A stretch of 36,726 bases of DNA from a virus, in the IMG/VR virus record IMGVR_UViG_3300045988_058662; one strand, 5' to 3'. The notes under the pieces are model-generated. The model was not told the origin of the DNA. It saw only the letters and a program-made list of their open reading frames with translations, and ran no database searches. Below, piece after piece: positions 1 through 6,939 of the stretch; the first letter of the stretch is position 1; each line of letters opens with the position of its first letter. The position numbers were made by a program, and so were the translations under genes.

Positions 1-99
1 GAGCAAAACCACAAAATGAGCGCAAGCAATCAAAAAAGCCCTAAATACCTAAGAAAAACGCCCGTGCAACACGAGCGTTTTTGATGTTTGGTATCCGGC
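1..99. repeat. Terminal direct repeat, left copy (99 bp, identical to 36628..36726)
   Basis: Read directly. Bases 1-99 (GAGCAAAACCACAAAATGAGCG...TGGTATCCGGC) recur without mismatch as the last 99 bases, and the repeat ends exactly at both window edges. Confidence 0.97.
54..82. terminator. Bidirectional intrinsic terminator hairpin. Its second copy at 36681..36709 lies 35 nt after the integrase stop.
   Basis: AAAAACGCCCGTG-CAA-CACGAGCGTTTTT forms a 9-bp stem with one mismatch and a 3-nt loop, with A5 upstream and T5 downstream. Confidence 0.6.
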
Positions 100-197
100 C
101 TTCAGCCGTTTTTTATTCAGTTCCTTGCAGTTTCTCACACGCAGAAAGCGGCTATTTGTCTATGTTTTCCGTTTGTGCTCATTTTAAGGTTTGAAAT

Positions 198-221
198 AAA
201 AGGTTGCCGGAAAGTTGCCAG
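198..221. repeat. Tandem pair of GTTGCCRG octamers (AAAAGGTTGCCGGAAAGTTGCCAG), with a near-identical copy at 36605..36628
   Basis: 24-nt match with one mismatch to 36605..36628. Within each copy the octamer repeats at 11-bp register. This copy abuts the stop codon of the 222..659 gene. Confidence 0.85.
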
Positions 222-659
222 CTACGCAAGGAAATATTTTTCAACTTTAAAATCCTTAGCGTCTGCGTCGTTGATAAAGTCCCTTGCTATGCTGAAATAG
301 AATTCGGGATCTTCGCCCTTCCCCACGCTCTCCGCCGTCTTGTAGTAGTCGTTGTAGGCCATGTTCATGCAGAGGTAGTATTTGCATACGTCGTTGTTGA
401 TGCCCTTCGCGGCAAGGAATGCTTTGACGGTATCATAATCCCACTTCTGGCCGTAAGGACGCATGGAGCGTACCTTGTCCCGCGCTTCTTCCGGGGTTAT
501 GGCGTAAGCTATGGCCTCGAGCTGGTGTATGGTTTCGTGGTACAGGTCGGGCATGCGGTCTTTAATTATGTCCATAGCGTCCGCGAGTATTTCCTCTACC
601 TCGTCCATATCGGCAGTCTTTTTGGAGATAAGACATATTACATCTTTAAACTGGCACAT
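222..659 (-). CDS. Hypothetical conserved phage accessory protein (145 aa)
   Basis: ORF-track frame 222..698, trimmed to the ATG at 659 (MCQFKDV...). That ATG lies 4 nt after the upstream stop, with ACGGAG 8 nt upstream. The motif YLCMNMAYNDYYK...FINDADAKD resembles a recurrent Firmicutes phage family of unknown function (from memory). Confidence 0.6.
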   Translation of the reverse strand: MCQFKDVICLISKKTADMDEVEEILADAMDIIKDRMPDLYHETIHQLEAIAYAITPEEARDKVRSMRPYGQKWDYDTVKAFLAAKGINNDVCKYYLCMNMAYNDYYKTAESVGKGEDPEFYFSIARDFINDADAKDFKVEKYFLA

Positions 660-663
660 AGGC

Positions 664-1056
664 TTACTCCGTTGCGGTTGCCCCGCCGTCCAGCCCACTC
701 AGGTTATTTGAGGGAGCACAGGCGGGTTTGCCGAGCAGCTTAAAAGCGCCGCCAGTTGCGGTAGTCGCCACGATAGTGGCGTATTTGGTGCGGGTGCGTA
801 TGGCGCAGGCTGTGACCTGGGCGCAGCAGCTATTTATCAGCGGGTACTGCTCCGTGCCGGTGCCTATGGTGACAAACACGGGCGCGGTTATAGTGGTAGC
901 CGCCGGGATAGACTGAGCTACCACGATGCAGTATTTCTGATTGTCGTTATAGTTGCCTGCCGGGAGGTTGATTATCAGCCCGGTTCCCGCTGTGAAGGTA
1001 ACGGCCTGGGAGATTATAAGGTTGGGGCAGAGTTTGCATACATTTTTACAAGCCAT
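664..1056 (-). CDS. Cys-rich, Thr/Ala/Ile-rich small protein of unknown function (130 aa)
   Basis: ORF with RBS GAAAGGAG 8 nt before the ATG. N-terminal sequence is MACKNVCKLCPNL, with further Cys pairs (SCCAQVTAC). Composition suggests beta structure. No signal peptide is seen. Confidence 0.6.
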   Translation of the reverse strand: MACKNVCKLCPNLIISQAVTFTAGTGLIINLPAGNYNDNQKYCIVVAQSIPAATTITAPVFVTIGTGTEQYPLINSCCAQVTACAIRTRTKYATIVATTATGGAFKLLGKPACAPSNNLSGLDGGATATE

Positions 1057-1072
1057 TTTTTATGCTCCTTTC

Positions 1073-1101
1073 AAAAATCAAGGGGCAGCATACGCCGCCC
1101 C
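1073..1101 (-). terminator. Intrinsic terminator after the 193-aa gene
   Basis: Minus strand reads GGGGCGGC-GTAT-GCTGCCCC (8-bp stem, one mismatch) followed by TTGATTTTT. Confidence 0.5.
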
Positions 1102-1124
1102 GATATATCACGGCATAGCCGGAA

Positions 1125-1706
1125 TTAGCAGCAGCAGCCGCAATTATTACCACAGAAGGGAGAATTCCCCGCGTTGTAGGTGTAACCGTTGGGATAGCGG
1201 ACTACTCCGTACATGCGGTTATCCATCTCAAGGCTGGACACTTTGTCCCTGAGAGCCTGCATTTCGTTCGCCTGTATCAGGGAGCGGGTGGCCTCGGCCT
1301 CGGCGTGGATAGCGGTGGTTATGTCGCAGGTGTTCTGGTTCAACTGCGCTGAGAGGTTGGCTATACCGAGCCTCTGTTCACAGCAGCAGTTTGCGAGCTG
1401 GCTGGACAGGTTCCGGCCTTCGGTGGTGATAGCGTTGTTCAGCGCGAAGGTGGAATCACATATACCGTTGCCGATGTTAGTCAAACGGTCATTGATCTGG
1501 CCGAAGTGCTGACCGAAGAGAATTTCCTGCTGAGACGCAGCGGTGGCATACTGTCCAAATTCGCCTTGGCGGTTCCAGCCGCCAAAGCCGCCGCCCATCA
1601 TAGCAAAAAGTATGATAAGGGCGAATATCCAGAAGCCTCCGTTGAAGCCGTCAGTCTTGCCATCAGTTACCGCGGCTATATCCGCGAGAGAGGGCATATT
1701 ATCCAT
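1125..1706 (-). CDS. Membrane protein with a Gly-rich TM helix, coiled-coil region and C-terminal Cys cluster (193 aa)
   Basis: ORF with RBS GAAAGGAAC. GGFWIFALIILFAMMGGGFGGW forms a TM segment reminiscent of YjcZ-type small sporulation proteins. The C-terminus is FCGNNCGCCC and there is an internal CCC. Confidence 0.65.
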   Translation of the reverse strand: MDNMPSLADIAAVTDGKTDGFNGGFWIFALIILFAMMGGGFGGWNRQGEFGQYATAASQQEILFGQHFGQINDRLTNIGNGICDSTFALNNAITTEGRNLSSQLANCCCEQRLGIANLSAQLNQNTCDITTAIHAEAEATRSLIQANEMQALRDKVSSLEMDNRMYGVVRYPNGYTYNAGNSPFCGNNCGCCC

Positions 1707-1763
1707 AGTTCTAAAGTTCCTTTCGATTTATATTCCAATCCCGTGCGCGCTTCGGGTAATGGT

Positions 1764-1976
1764 CTATCTTAATTCGGAAAGAATATCCTCCGGGTCTACC
1801 CCGTATTGCTTGCAGGCCGCATAAAACATCTGTTTAGGGTCGCCGTTGCCTATCATCTGCTTTATCTTCTGCACTTGTCCGGGAACGGACATCATCTGTT
1901 TAGCCTGCGCTATCATTTGTGGGTTGAGTTTCCTCGGATTTCCTCCGCTTAGCATTTGTAGTATCGGGTTTGGCAT
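1764..1976 (-). CDS. Hypothetical small protein (70 aa)
   Basis: ORF with a strong RBS GGAGGA 8 nt before the ATG at 1976. Sequence is hydrophilic and Gln/Lys/Met-rich. Confidence 0.55.
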   Translation of the reverse strand: MPNPILQMLSGGNPRKLNPQMIAQAKQMMSVPGQVQKIKQMIGNGDPKQMFYAACKQYGVDPEDILSELR

Positions 1977-2253
1977 TTATCATTTCCTCCAATCTGGCTA
2001 TTCTCTGTTCAAGGCCGTTCACATCGACAGGCGGAGCGGGTTTATACGGGGCTATGCTGTAAGGTGAGAGAGAGGGGAACCCCGCCCCGTCCGTTGTTTT
2101 AAGCCACACTATGGGGGCCGTTTCGTCCAACAAAAGAACGGAGCTATTAGGGGGCATTTGATACGCCTTTGCGCCGCCCTCGCCGTTCACTTTGACTACT
2201 TCGGTTCGTTGATATTGGGTTTGCTGGTTAAAATAAGGTTGGTATGGATACAC
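1900..2253 (-). CDS. Hypothetical protein (117 aa from a GTG start)
   Basis: ORF-track frame 1900..2316. The 5' part of that frame runs through the terminator hairpin, so the GTG at 2253 (RBS GAAGGGAG 9 nt upstream) is preferred. The 3' end overlaps the next gene by 77 nt. Confidence 0.5.
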   Translation of the reverse strand: MYPYQPYFNQQTQYQRTEVVKVNGEGGAKAYQMPPNSSVLLLDETAPIVWLKTTDGAGFPSLSPYSIAPYKPAPPVDVNGLEQRIARLEEMINAKPDTTNAKRRKSEETQPTNDSAG

Positions 2254-2285
2254 TGTTTCACGCTCCCTTCTACCTGAATTTTGGC

Positions 2286-2321
2286 ATAAAAAAAGAGCCG
2301 ACAGGATTGCTCCCATCGGCT
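2286..2321 (-). terminator. Intrinsic terminator after the 77-aa gene
   Basis: Minus strand reads AGCCGA-14 nt-TCGGCT followed by C-TTTTTTT. Confidence 0.5.
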
Positions 2322-2330
2322 ATTTATCGG

Positions 2331-2564
2331 CTATTTACAGTGCGTTTTCAGTTGTTTTTCGGCGGCCTTACACCGCCTGCGTATCTGGTCATATTCAAGG
2401 GGTATTTCAAATTTAAGCTGGTACTCGCCCGTCAAAGCGTCGTATGGCACCCCGTCTAAAAGGCGGCGGGTTATCAGCCAGCGGTCTTTTTCGTTATGTA
2501 TCCATTCGTGTATGAGTGCTTCCCACTCTGACCGGGGGCGGGAATTGAGCAGGGTCTTGTCCAT
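2331..2564 (-). CDS. Hypothetical small protein, possibly sigma-70 region-4-like HTH (77 aa)
   Basis: The ORF is intact. The RBS is weak and distant (GGAG about 18 nt upstream). RRLLDGVPYDALTGEY loosely resembles region-4 HTH proteins. Confidence 0.45.
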   Translation of the reverse strand: MDKTLLNSRPRSEWEALIHEWIHNEKDRWLITRRLLDGVPYDALTGEYQLKFEIPLEYDQIRRRCKAAEKQLKTHCK

Positions 2565-2669
2565 ATAATAAGAGGCCGCTTCTCCAAAAGCCTACACCTC
2601 CTTTATACAAGATTTGCCCCCGACGTTTGCCGGGGGCGTTTGAAAGGGAATCCCGGACGTGGGATGATA

Positions 2670-3104
2670 TTATGCTGTTTTGTCGGTAGGTTCGGTATCT
2701 TCTATTGCGTTGCCTTTGTTGTGGAGCTTCTGGAGGGCCCCTCTGAGCGCCTCGGGCAGCGGCAGGCCAAGCGTGCCGGCGTTCTCCAGTATGGACAGGC
2801 CCTCGTTGGCTATGTAGAACATGCACACCGCGCTGCGCACCGCCCCATTGGTGGCGGGCACAAGTCTGTCAAGTAGGGCGGCCAGTGCCACCAGGATTAG
2901 TATAAAGATTTTCTTCAGCAATCCCTTGAATCCTACTGCGCTGCTGAGGGTCCCGGCCACTGCTGCGTCGGCTACGCCGGTGATGTAGTCCAACACCATC
3001 ACCGCCACCAGCACCATTATCAGAGGATCCCAGGCGCCGAAGAGCCATGCAAGTGCGCCGCCTACAGCGGCGGAGATAGTTTTAATCCATTCGGATATGT
3101 TCAT
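2670..3104 (-). CDS. Holin (Phage_holin_4_1 / TIGR01593-like)
   Basis: Three to four hydrophobic helices. Motifs are VLDYITGV, GFKGLLKK and FYIANEGLSILENAG. RBS is AAGGAGGA. The gene is adjacent to the endolysin. Confidence 0.85.
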   Translation of the reverse strand: MNISEWIKTISAAVGGALAWLFGAWDPLIMVLVAVMVLDYITGVADAAVAGTLSSAVGFKGLLKKIFILILVALAALLDRLVPATNGAVRSAVCMFYIANEGLSILENAGTLGLPLPEALRGALQKLHNKGNAIEDTEPTDKTA

Positions 3105-3117
3105 TTGTTTTTCCTCC

Positions 3118-3915
3118 TTATTTTTTGACTGTACCTACGTATATTTTGCCGCCAACAGACACGGACACCTGTAGCACGTCCGGCAGCTCCGTCGGCGCCG
3201 TGCTGTGTGCCTGTGCAAACCGCTGTATGGCCGCAACGGTGTTTTTGCCCGCTATGCCGTCCGCGTCCCCCGCGTCATAGCCCAGAGCGTTAAGGGCGGT
3301 CTGTAAGGCTTTGATGTCGTCCCCCCGCATCATAGGGCTGGTCAGCTCGATTATCCGGGGCGCGGCGGGTACTTCCTGTTCCGGCTCGTCCTCCTTCGCA
3401 GCGCCGGAGATTATGTCCCAGCGCCCGTACTCGTTCCAGTAGGCGGGGCCGGAAGCGTTTATCCCCCGGAGCACAACGCCGTCATCGCGGCCCTTGGATT
3501 CAATCACCTTATCGTTGCCGACATATACGCCTACATGGTAGATGTATTTGTACGTTCCGCCGCCGTCCTTATTCTTGTCGCGATACCTAAATACCAGGTC
3601 GCCGGGCTGAAGCTCGTCCCGGTGTATCCGCTTGCTCTTGGAGTACATTGTCCGGCTGTTTACCCTGCCGGAAAGCCCTTTTGCCATTAAAAATCCGCAT
3701 ATAAGGCCGGAGCAGTCAAAGGCGTACAGCGGGCATTTCCCGGCCTTTTGCATGTACCTTATGGCCCGCTCCGCGTTGGTGCTCGATGTCTCCTTATTTC
3801 GTATCCATTTTTCGGGGTCGCTCATGTCGGTAAGGCACTGCCCCCTCGCGCCCCAAACGTATGCGTCCCCGAGGTGCTCGCCGAGGTACGCTAAAAACTG
3901 TTGTATTAAGGTCAT
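3118..3915 (-). CDS. Endolysin: NlpC/P60 cysteine peptidase with a PG_binding_1 domain
   Basis: YVWGARGQ, catalytic-Cys motif FDCSGLICGF and His motif HVGVYVG. The C-terminal sequence GDDIKALQTALNALGYDAGDADGIAGKNTVAAIQRFQ-like is a peptidoglycan-binding repeat. Confidence 0.9.
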   Translation of the reverse strand: MTLIQQFLAYLGEHLGDAYVWGARGQCLTDMSDPEKWIRNKETSSTNAERAIRYMQKAGKCPLYAFDCSGLICGFLMAKGLSGRVNSRTMYSKSKRIHRDELQPGDLVFRYRDKNKDGGGTYKYIYHVGVYVGNDKVIESKGRDDGVVLRGINASGPAYWNEYGRWDIISGAAKEDEPEQEVPAAPRIIELTSPMMRGDDIKALQTALNALGYDAGDADGIAGKNTVAAIQRFAQAHSTAPTELPDVLQVSVSVGGKIYVGTVKK

Positions 3916-4466
3916 CTGCGTTTACCCGCCACAAAGAGGCCGAGGCCTATCAGGGAGAGGGAGACGGCATAGGCTATGATAGACACGTCGCCGGTCTTGG
4001 GGATCACCACGGGATTTTTTGCAATGGGCTGTTCGGCGGGCTGTGCGGCGTTAAAATAATAAGTCTTGCTGACAGTCCTGTTTTTCTGCATGGCGTTGTA
4101 GAGTTCTTCTGCCGTGGTGGCGTTGTCGTAGGCCTTGTCCTTGACGGTTATACGGAGGGCGGCGGGCTGGTCGGTAACTATGCCGCTCAGGTAATATGTG
4201 CCAGCCTCCAATCTCATGTCGTTTGCGTCCAGCTTTACGCCGTCCAGCTCCACAATAAGCTCCATATCGGTCAGGTCGTAAAAACGGGGTATGCCCAGGT
4301 CAACCTTGAGTAGGAAAAGCTCATTGTTGACGTAGGTTTTGGATACCGCCTTGCCGGTCTGGTAGTCCAGCGCGGTTATATCCAGAGTTACGGGGTCTGC
4401 GGCGTAGGCTATGGTGCAAAGGCACAGCATGAGCATTACCGCGAGGATACAAGTGAGTTTCTTCAT
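3912..4466 (-). CDS. Secreted, sortase-anchored (LPXTG-type IPKTG) surface protein
   Basis: N-terminal signal peptide MKKLTCILAVMLMLCLCTIAYA. C-terminus is IPKTGD, then a hydrophobic stretch, then GKRR. Its stop overlaps the endolysin ATG (ATGA). Confidence 0.75.
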   Translation of the reverse strand: MKKLTCILAVMLMLCLCTIAYAADPVTLDITALDYQTGKAVSKTYVNNELFLLKVDLGIPRFYDLTDMELIVELDGVKLDANDMRLEAGTYYLSGIVTDQPAALRITVKDKAYDNATTAEELYNAMQKNRTVSKTYYFNAAQPAEQPIAKNPVVIPKTGDVSIIAYAVSLSLIGLGLFVAGKRR

Positions 4467-4483
4467 AATGTTTTCCTTTCTTT

Positions 4484-4738
4484 TTAGAGTTTTATGCAGC
4501 GGTTCTCGAACTTCTTATATGTATCGAGGTACACTTCGTTCTTGTCACCGTTGTAAGTGACCTCATAATACATACCATCGGGGAGTGTGGTGGATACAAG
4601 TGCCTTCCAATTCTGGAGGGTCTTGCATTGCCAAACAACATAGGTATCAGTCATGTTGATTGCTATGCCGTCCGTCTTGTCGAGGTGCTCGTTTACATAA
4701 TCCCTCACGATTTCACGAGCCTTGAGTGTGTAGTCCAT
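4484..4738 (-). CDS. Conserved small phage protein (84 aa)
   Basis: The ORF follows a terminator and has its own RBS. The motif LQNWKALVST...YYEVTYNGDKNEVYLD is recalled from Firmicutes phage proteins of unknown function. Confidence 0.65.
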   Translation of the reverse strand: MDYTLKAREIVRDYVNEHLDKTDGIAINMTDTYVVWQCKTLQNWKALVSTTLPDGMYYEVTYNGDKNEVYLDTYKKFENRCIKL

Positions 4739-4776
4739 TTTGTTTTTTTCCTTTCTTTTTTTGTTTTTTTGATTAT

Positions 4777-4798
4777 GAAAAAAGAGCCGTGCGGCTCC
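4777..4798 (-). terminator. Intrinsic terminator after the tail/fibre operon
   Basis: Minus strand reads GGAGCCG-CA-CGGCTC followed by TTTTTTC, immediately after the stop at 4799. Confidence 0.65.
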
Positions 4799-5209
4799 TT
4801 ATTCCTGAAGTTCCCATCCCTGCGGGTATGCGTCTGGGGTGTAGACGTTGGAAGCTATGAGGCTTTTGTATATCGCACCGTTCCACCAGCCAAGCTCATC
4901 AAGTGCAAATGCCTCGGCTGCTGAGATTACGTCAGGGATAACCCGAACACCATCCTTATAGTTTATCTTCACCCATAGATTAGGTGCATGGTCGGGGTCG
5001 TTGGCCTCAGTATCCCATAGGTCTACGGTGGCCTGTTTGAGCCAGCCGTTCCAGTTGATACGGGTTCCGGCTTTTATGAGACTACCACTCTGTTTTAAGG
5101 TTGGATAGAGGTCTACGCAACCGCTTGCGTCCTTATCAGGTACGGCGGGCAGTGCCTTCTCAAGTTGCGCCCGCCATACTCTTGCTTCTTCTGCCGTGCG
5201 TACTATCAT
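4799..5209 (-). CDS. Hypothetical Trp-rich protein (136 aa)
   Basis: The ORF start overlaps the upstream stop (ATGA-type junction at 5206-5209). No recognisable motif. Confidence 0.6.
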   Translation of the reverse strand: MIVRTAEEARVWRAQLEKALPAVPDKDASGCVDLYPTLKQSGSLIKAGTRINWNGWLKQATVDLWDTEANDPDHAPNLWVKINYKDGVRVIPDVISAAEAFALDELGWWNGAIYKSLIASNVYTPDAYPQGWELQE

Positions 5210-5529
5210 GCTTTTTCTCCTGTCATAATATCGAGGACTTCGGTATAGTCAGTAGCCGGGGGCTGTTCATGTTCCTCCCACTCCTGCACTATAGCCGTGT
5301 CGGTTTCCGTCCAGCTCTCCGTATAATAAAAGCCCTCCTTTGAGGGCATGGGGGAACGGGTCACGGGCTTATAGCCCAACTCCTTTATTGCCGCGTCGTC
5401 ATTGGTGGAGAGGTGCGCCCCTGCGGGGTGCGTCACACCGTTGATTATAAGCGGCGACTTCAACTCAACCGGCAGGCGTAAATATTCGGGATACCCGCCC
5501 GCCAGCTTGGCATAGTTTGTGTTTAACAT
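5206..5529 (-). CDS. Hypothetical protein (107 aa)
   Basis: ORF with RBS AAAGGAGAA. It sits directly after the fibre gene. Confidence 0.6.
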   Translation of the reverse strand: MLNTNYAKLAGGYPEYLRLPVELKSPLIINGVTHPAGAHLSTNDDAAIKELGYKPVTRSPMPSKEGFYYTESWTETDTAIVQEWEEHEQPPATDYTEVLDIMTGEKA

Positions 5530-5541
5530 TGTTTTCTCCTT

Positions 5542-6939
5542 TTATAGGATTAGATTATACGAACCGTCTGTATTTGGTGTAGCATTGTAAGGTGTATCGG
5601 AGGGTATTACAAAAGCGGGGACAACGCCATCGCTATTATCAGAAGAGCTGCCATAAACTGTAATACCACCCAAATAATCAACATATTTCACACCGCCATG
5701 GTAGCCGGAAGTATATCCCCCAGTGGAATATTGTGACGATAACCACCATTCCTCTCCATAACCATTTTTCGTTCGTATTCTGCTTGCATCGTTTTTGTAT
5801 AATTGCAAACCTACTCCTTCCCATGCAACTTTACCTTCATAGGTTCGATTCTCTCTTCCGCTCATCATAGTCAGCGTTGGAACAAACATCTTACGAGTGA
5901 TACTCTCAGCACCGGCGAGCGCGAACGTTACATCCATCATTTTATTACGGAGTTTCTGAGGCATTCTATTGTAAATAGTTGTTTTTACCAAATTGTCCAA
6001 AGTACTGTTGGCGTAAAAAGAATACTCACCAAATTTCGAACTGGAATAAATGTTTTTTCTCACCAGCACCACACCGCCGCTCACAAGATTATCCTTGTCC
6101 GCTATCTCATAGTTAGGTGTACCCGCTCCACCGTCCGTACCTACATTTATCAACGTCCCCAGCGGCAAATCGGATATGGGCGCACCGCCGCCCCTTGTCA
6201 TCATCATTCTGCGGCGCAAAGCCCATTCTTTAGATATAACCCCACCAGGAAGTATCTCTATTTTGCTATCAGGGTATGGTTCTGTCGGTGGTGTAAACGA
6301 TTCCGTCCAGCGAGCTATATCCGATACTCTAAACTCATCTATATAGCCAATATACGGATAACCTGTTGTCATTAAATCGCTCGCCCAGTTACCTATACCC
6401 CATGGCCTATCCGCTGAATAACCAATCCTATTAGTGCCAATATTATATGTGTGTTCCAACAAGCCATTCTTGAAAAACATCAGGCTACTGCCGGAACGCA
6501 CAACTGCTCTGTGCGTCCACGTATTAACTATGTTATTTCCGACTGCTTGACCTGCAAGTACATTCCAATCGCTTGTAGCTGCACCACCTGTTTTATTGGA
6601 AAGATACACTTGTAAACCGTTAGCATATACGTGAGTTAGCAAGCCACCCGCCTGTGTGGCATATGATGTGCAATAAACATTAGTAAATCGTGTACCAGCA
6701 TTGGCATTTGTAGGATATTCCCACCAATCTATTGTAAAATCATCGGTGCCAAAATCATATCCGGGTATTGTCAGATATGCCGAACCATCAAAATAAAAAC
6801 TACTATCGCCAAATTTGCTTTGCGCGGTGGAAACCGCAACGCCGGTATTAGTTATAACACGTTTGTCTGTGCTGCCATCAATAAAGCTATTGCCGTGTAG
6901 CAGTAGTTTTGTATGCAAATCACCGGTAACAACTATCAT
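5542..6939 (-). CDS. Tail fibre / receptor-binding protein: N-terminal LamG (concanavalin-like) domain and C-terminal DUF6273-like domain
   Basis: Start trimmed to the ATG at 6939, which overlaps the upstream TGA and has AGGAGG upstream. The N-terminal half (LHGNSFIDGS...FYFDGSAYL...DDFTIDWW) fits the Laminin_G_3 pattern. The C-terminal roughly 210 aa share ITRKMF, WWLSS and GVVPAFVIP with three other genes in the window. Confidence 0.8.
   Translation of the reverse strand: MIVVTGDLHTKLLLHGNSFIDGSTDKRVITNTGVAVSTAQSKFGDSSFYFDGSAYLTIPGYDFGTDDFTIDWWEYPTNANAGTRFTNVYCTSYATQAGGLLTHVYANGLQVYLSNKTGGAATSDWNVLAGQAVGNNIVNTWTHRAVVRSGSSLMFFKNGLLEHTYNIGTNRIGYSADRPWGIGNWASDLMTTGYPYIGYIDEFRVSDIARWTESFTPPTEPYPDSKIEILPGGVISKEWALRRRMMMTRGGGAPISDLPLGTLINVGTDGGAGTPNYEIADKDNLVSGGVVLVRKNIYSSSKFGEYSFYANSTLDNLVKTTIYNRMPQKLRNKMMDVTFALAGAESITRKMFVPTLTMMSGRENRTYEGKVAWEGVGLQLYKNDASRIRTKNGYGEEWWLSSQYSTGGYTSGYHGGVKYVDYLGGITVYGSSSDNSDGVVPAFVIPSDTPYNATPNTDGSYNLIL

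Noticed and set aside
1-99. The 99-bp repeat as a physical direct terminal repeat of virion DNA.
   Set aside because: It bisects the integrase gene and contains its terminator. The packaging module (HNH, P27-type TerS, TerL) suggests cos ends near the terminase genes. This is unresolved without read data, so it is also listed as a finding.
1900-2316. Full-length 138-aa version of this ORF, starting at 2316.
   Set aside because: The first 21 codons run through the terminator hairpin and T-tract that follow the upstream gene. The internal GTG at 2253 has a proper RBS.
2494-2826. 110-aa minus-strand ORF overlapping the holin 3' end and the 77-aa gene.
   Set aside because: It is Arg/Pro/Gln-rich low complexity. 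It spans a GC hairpin and two better-supported genes, and it has no RBS.
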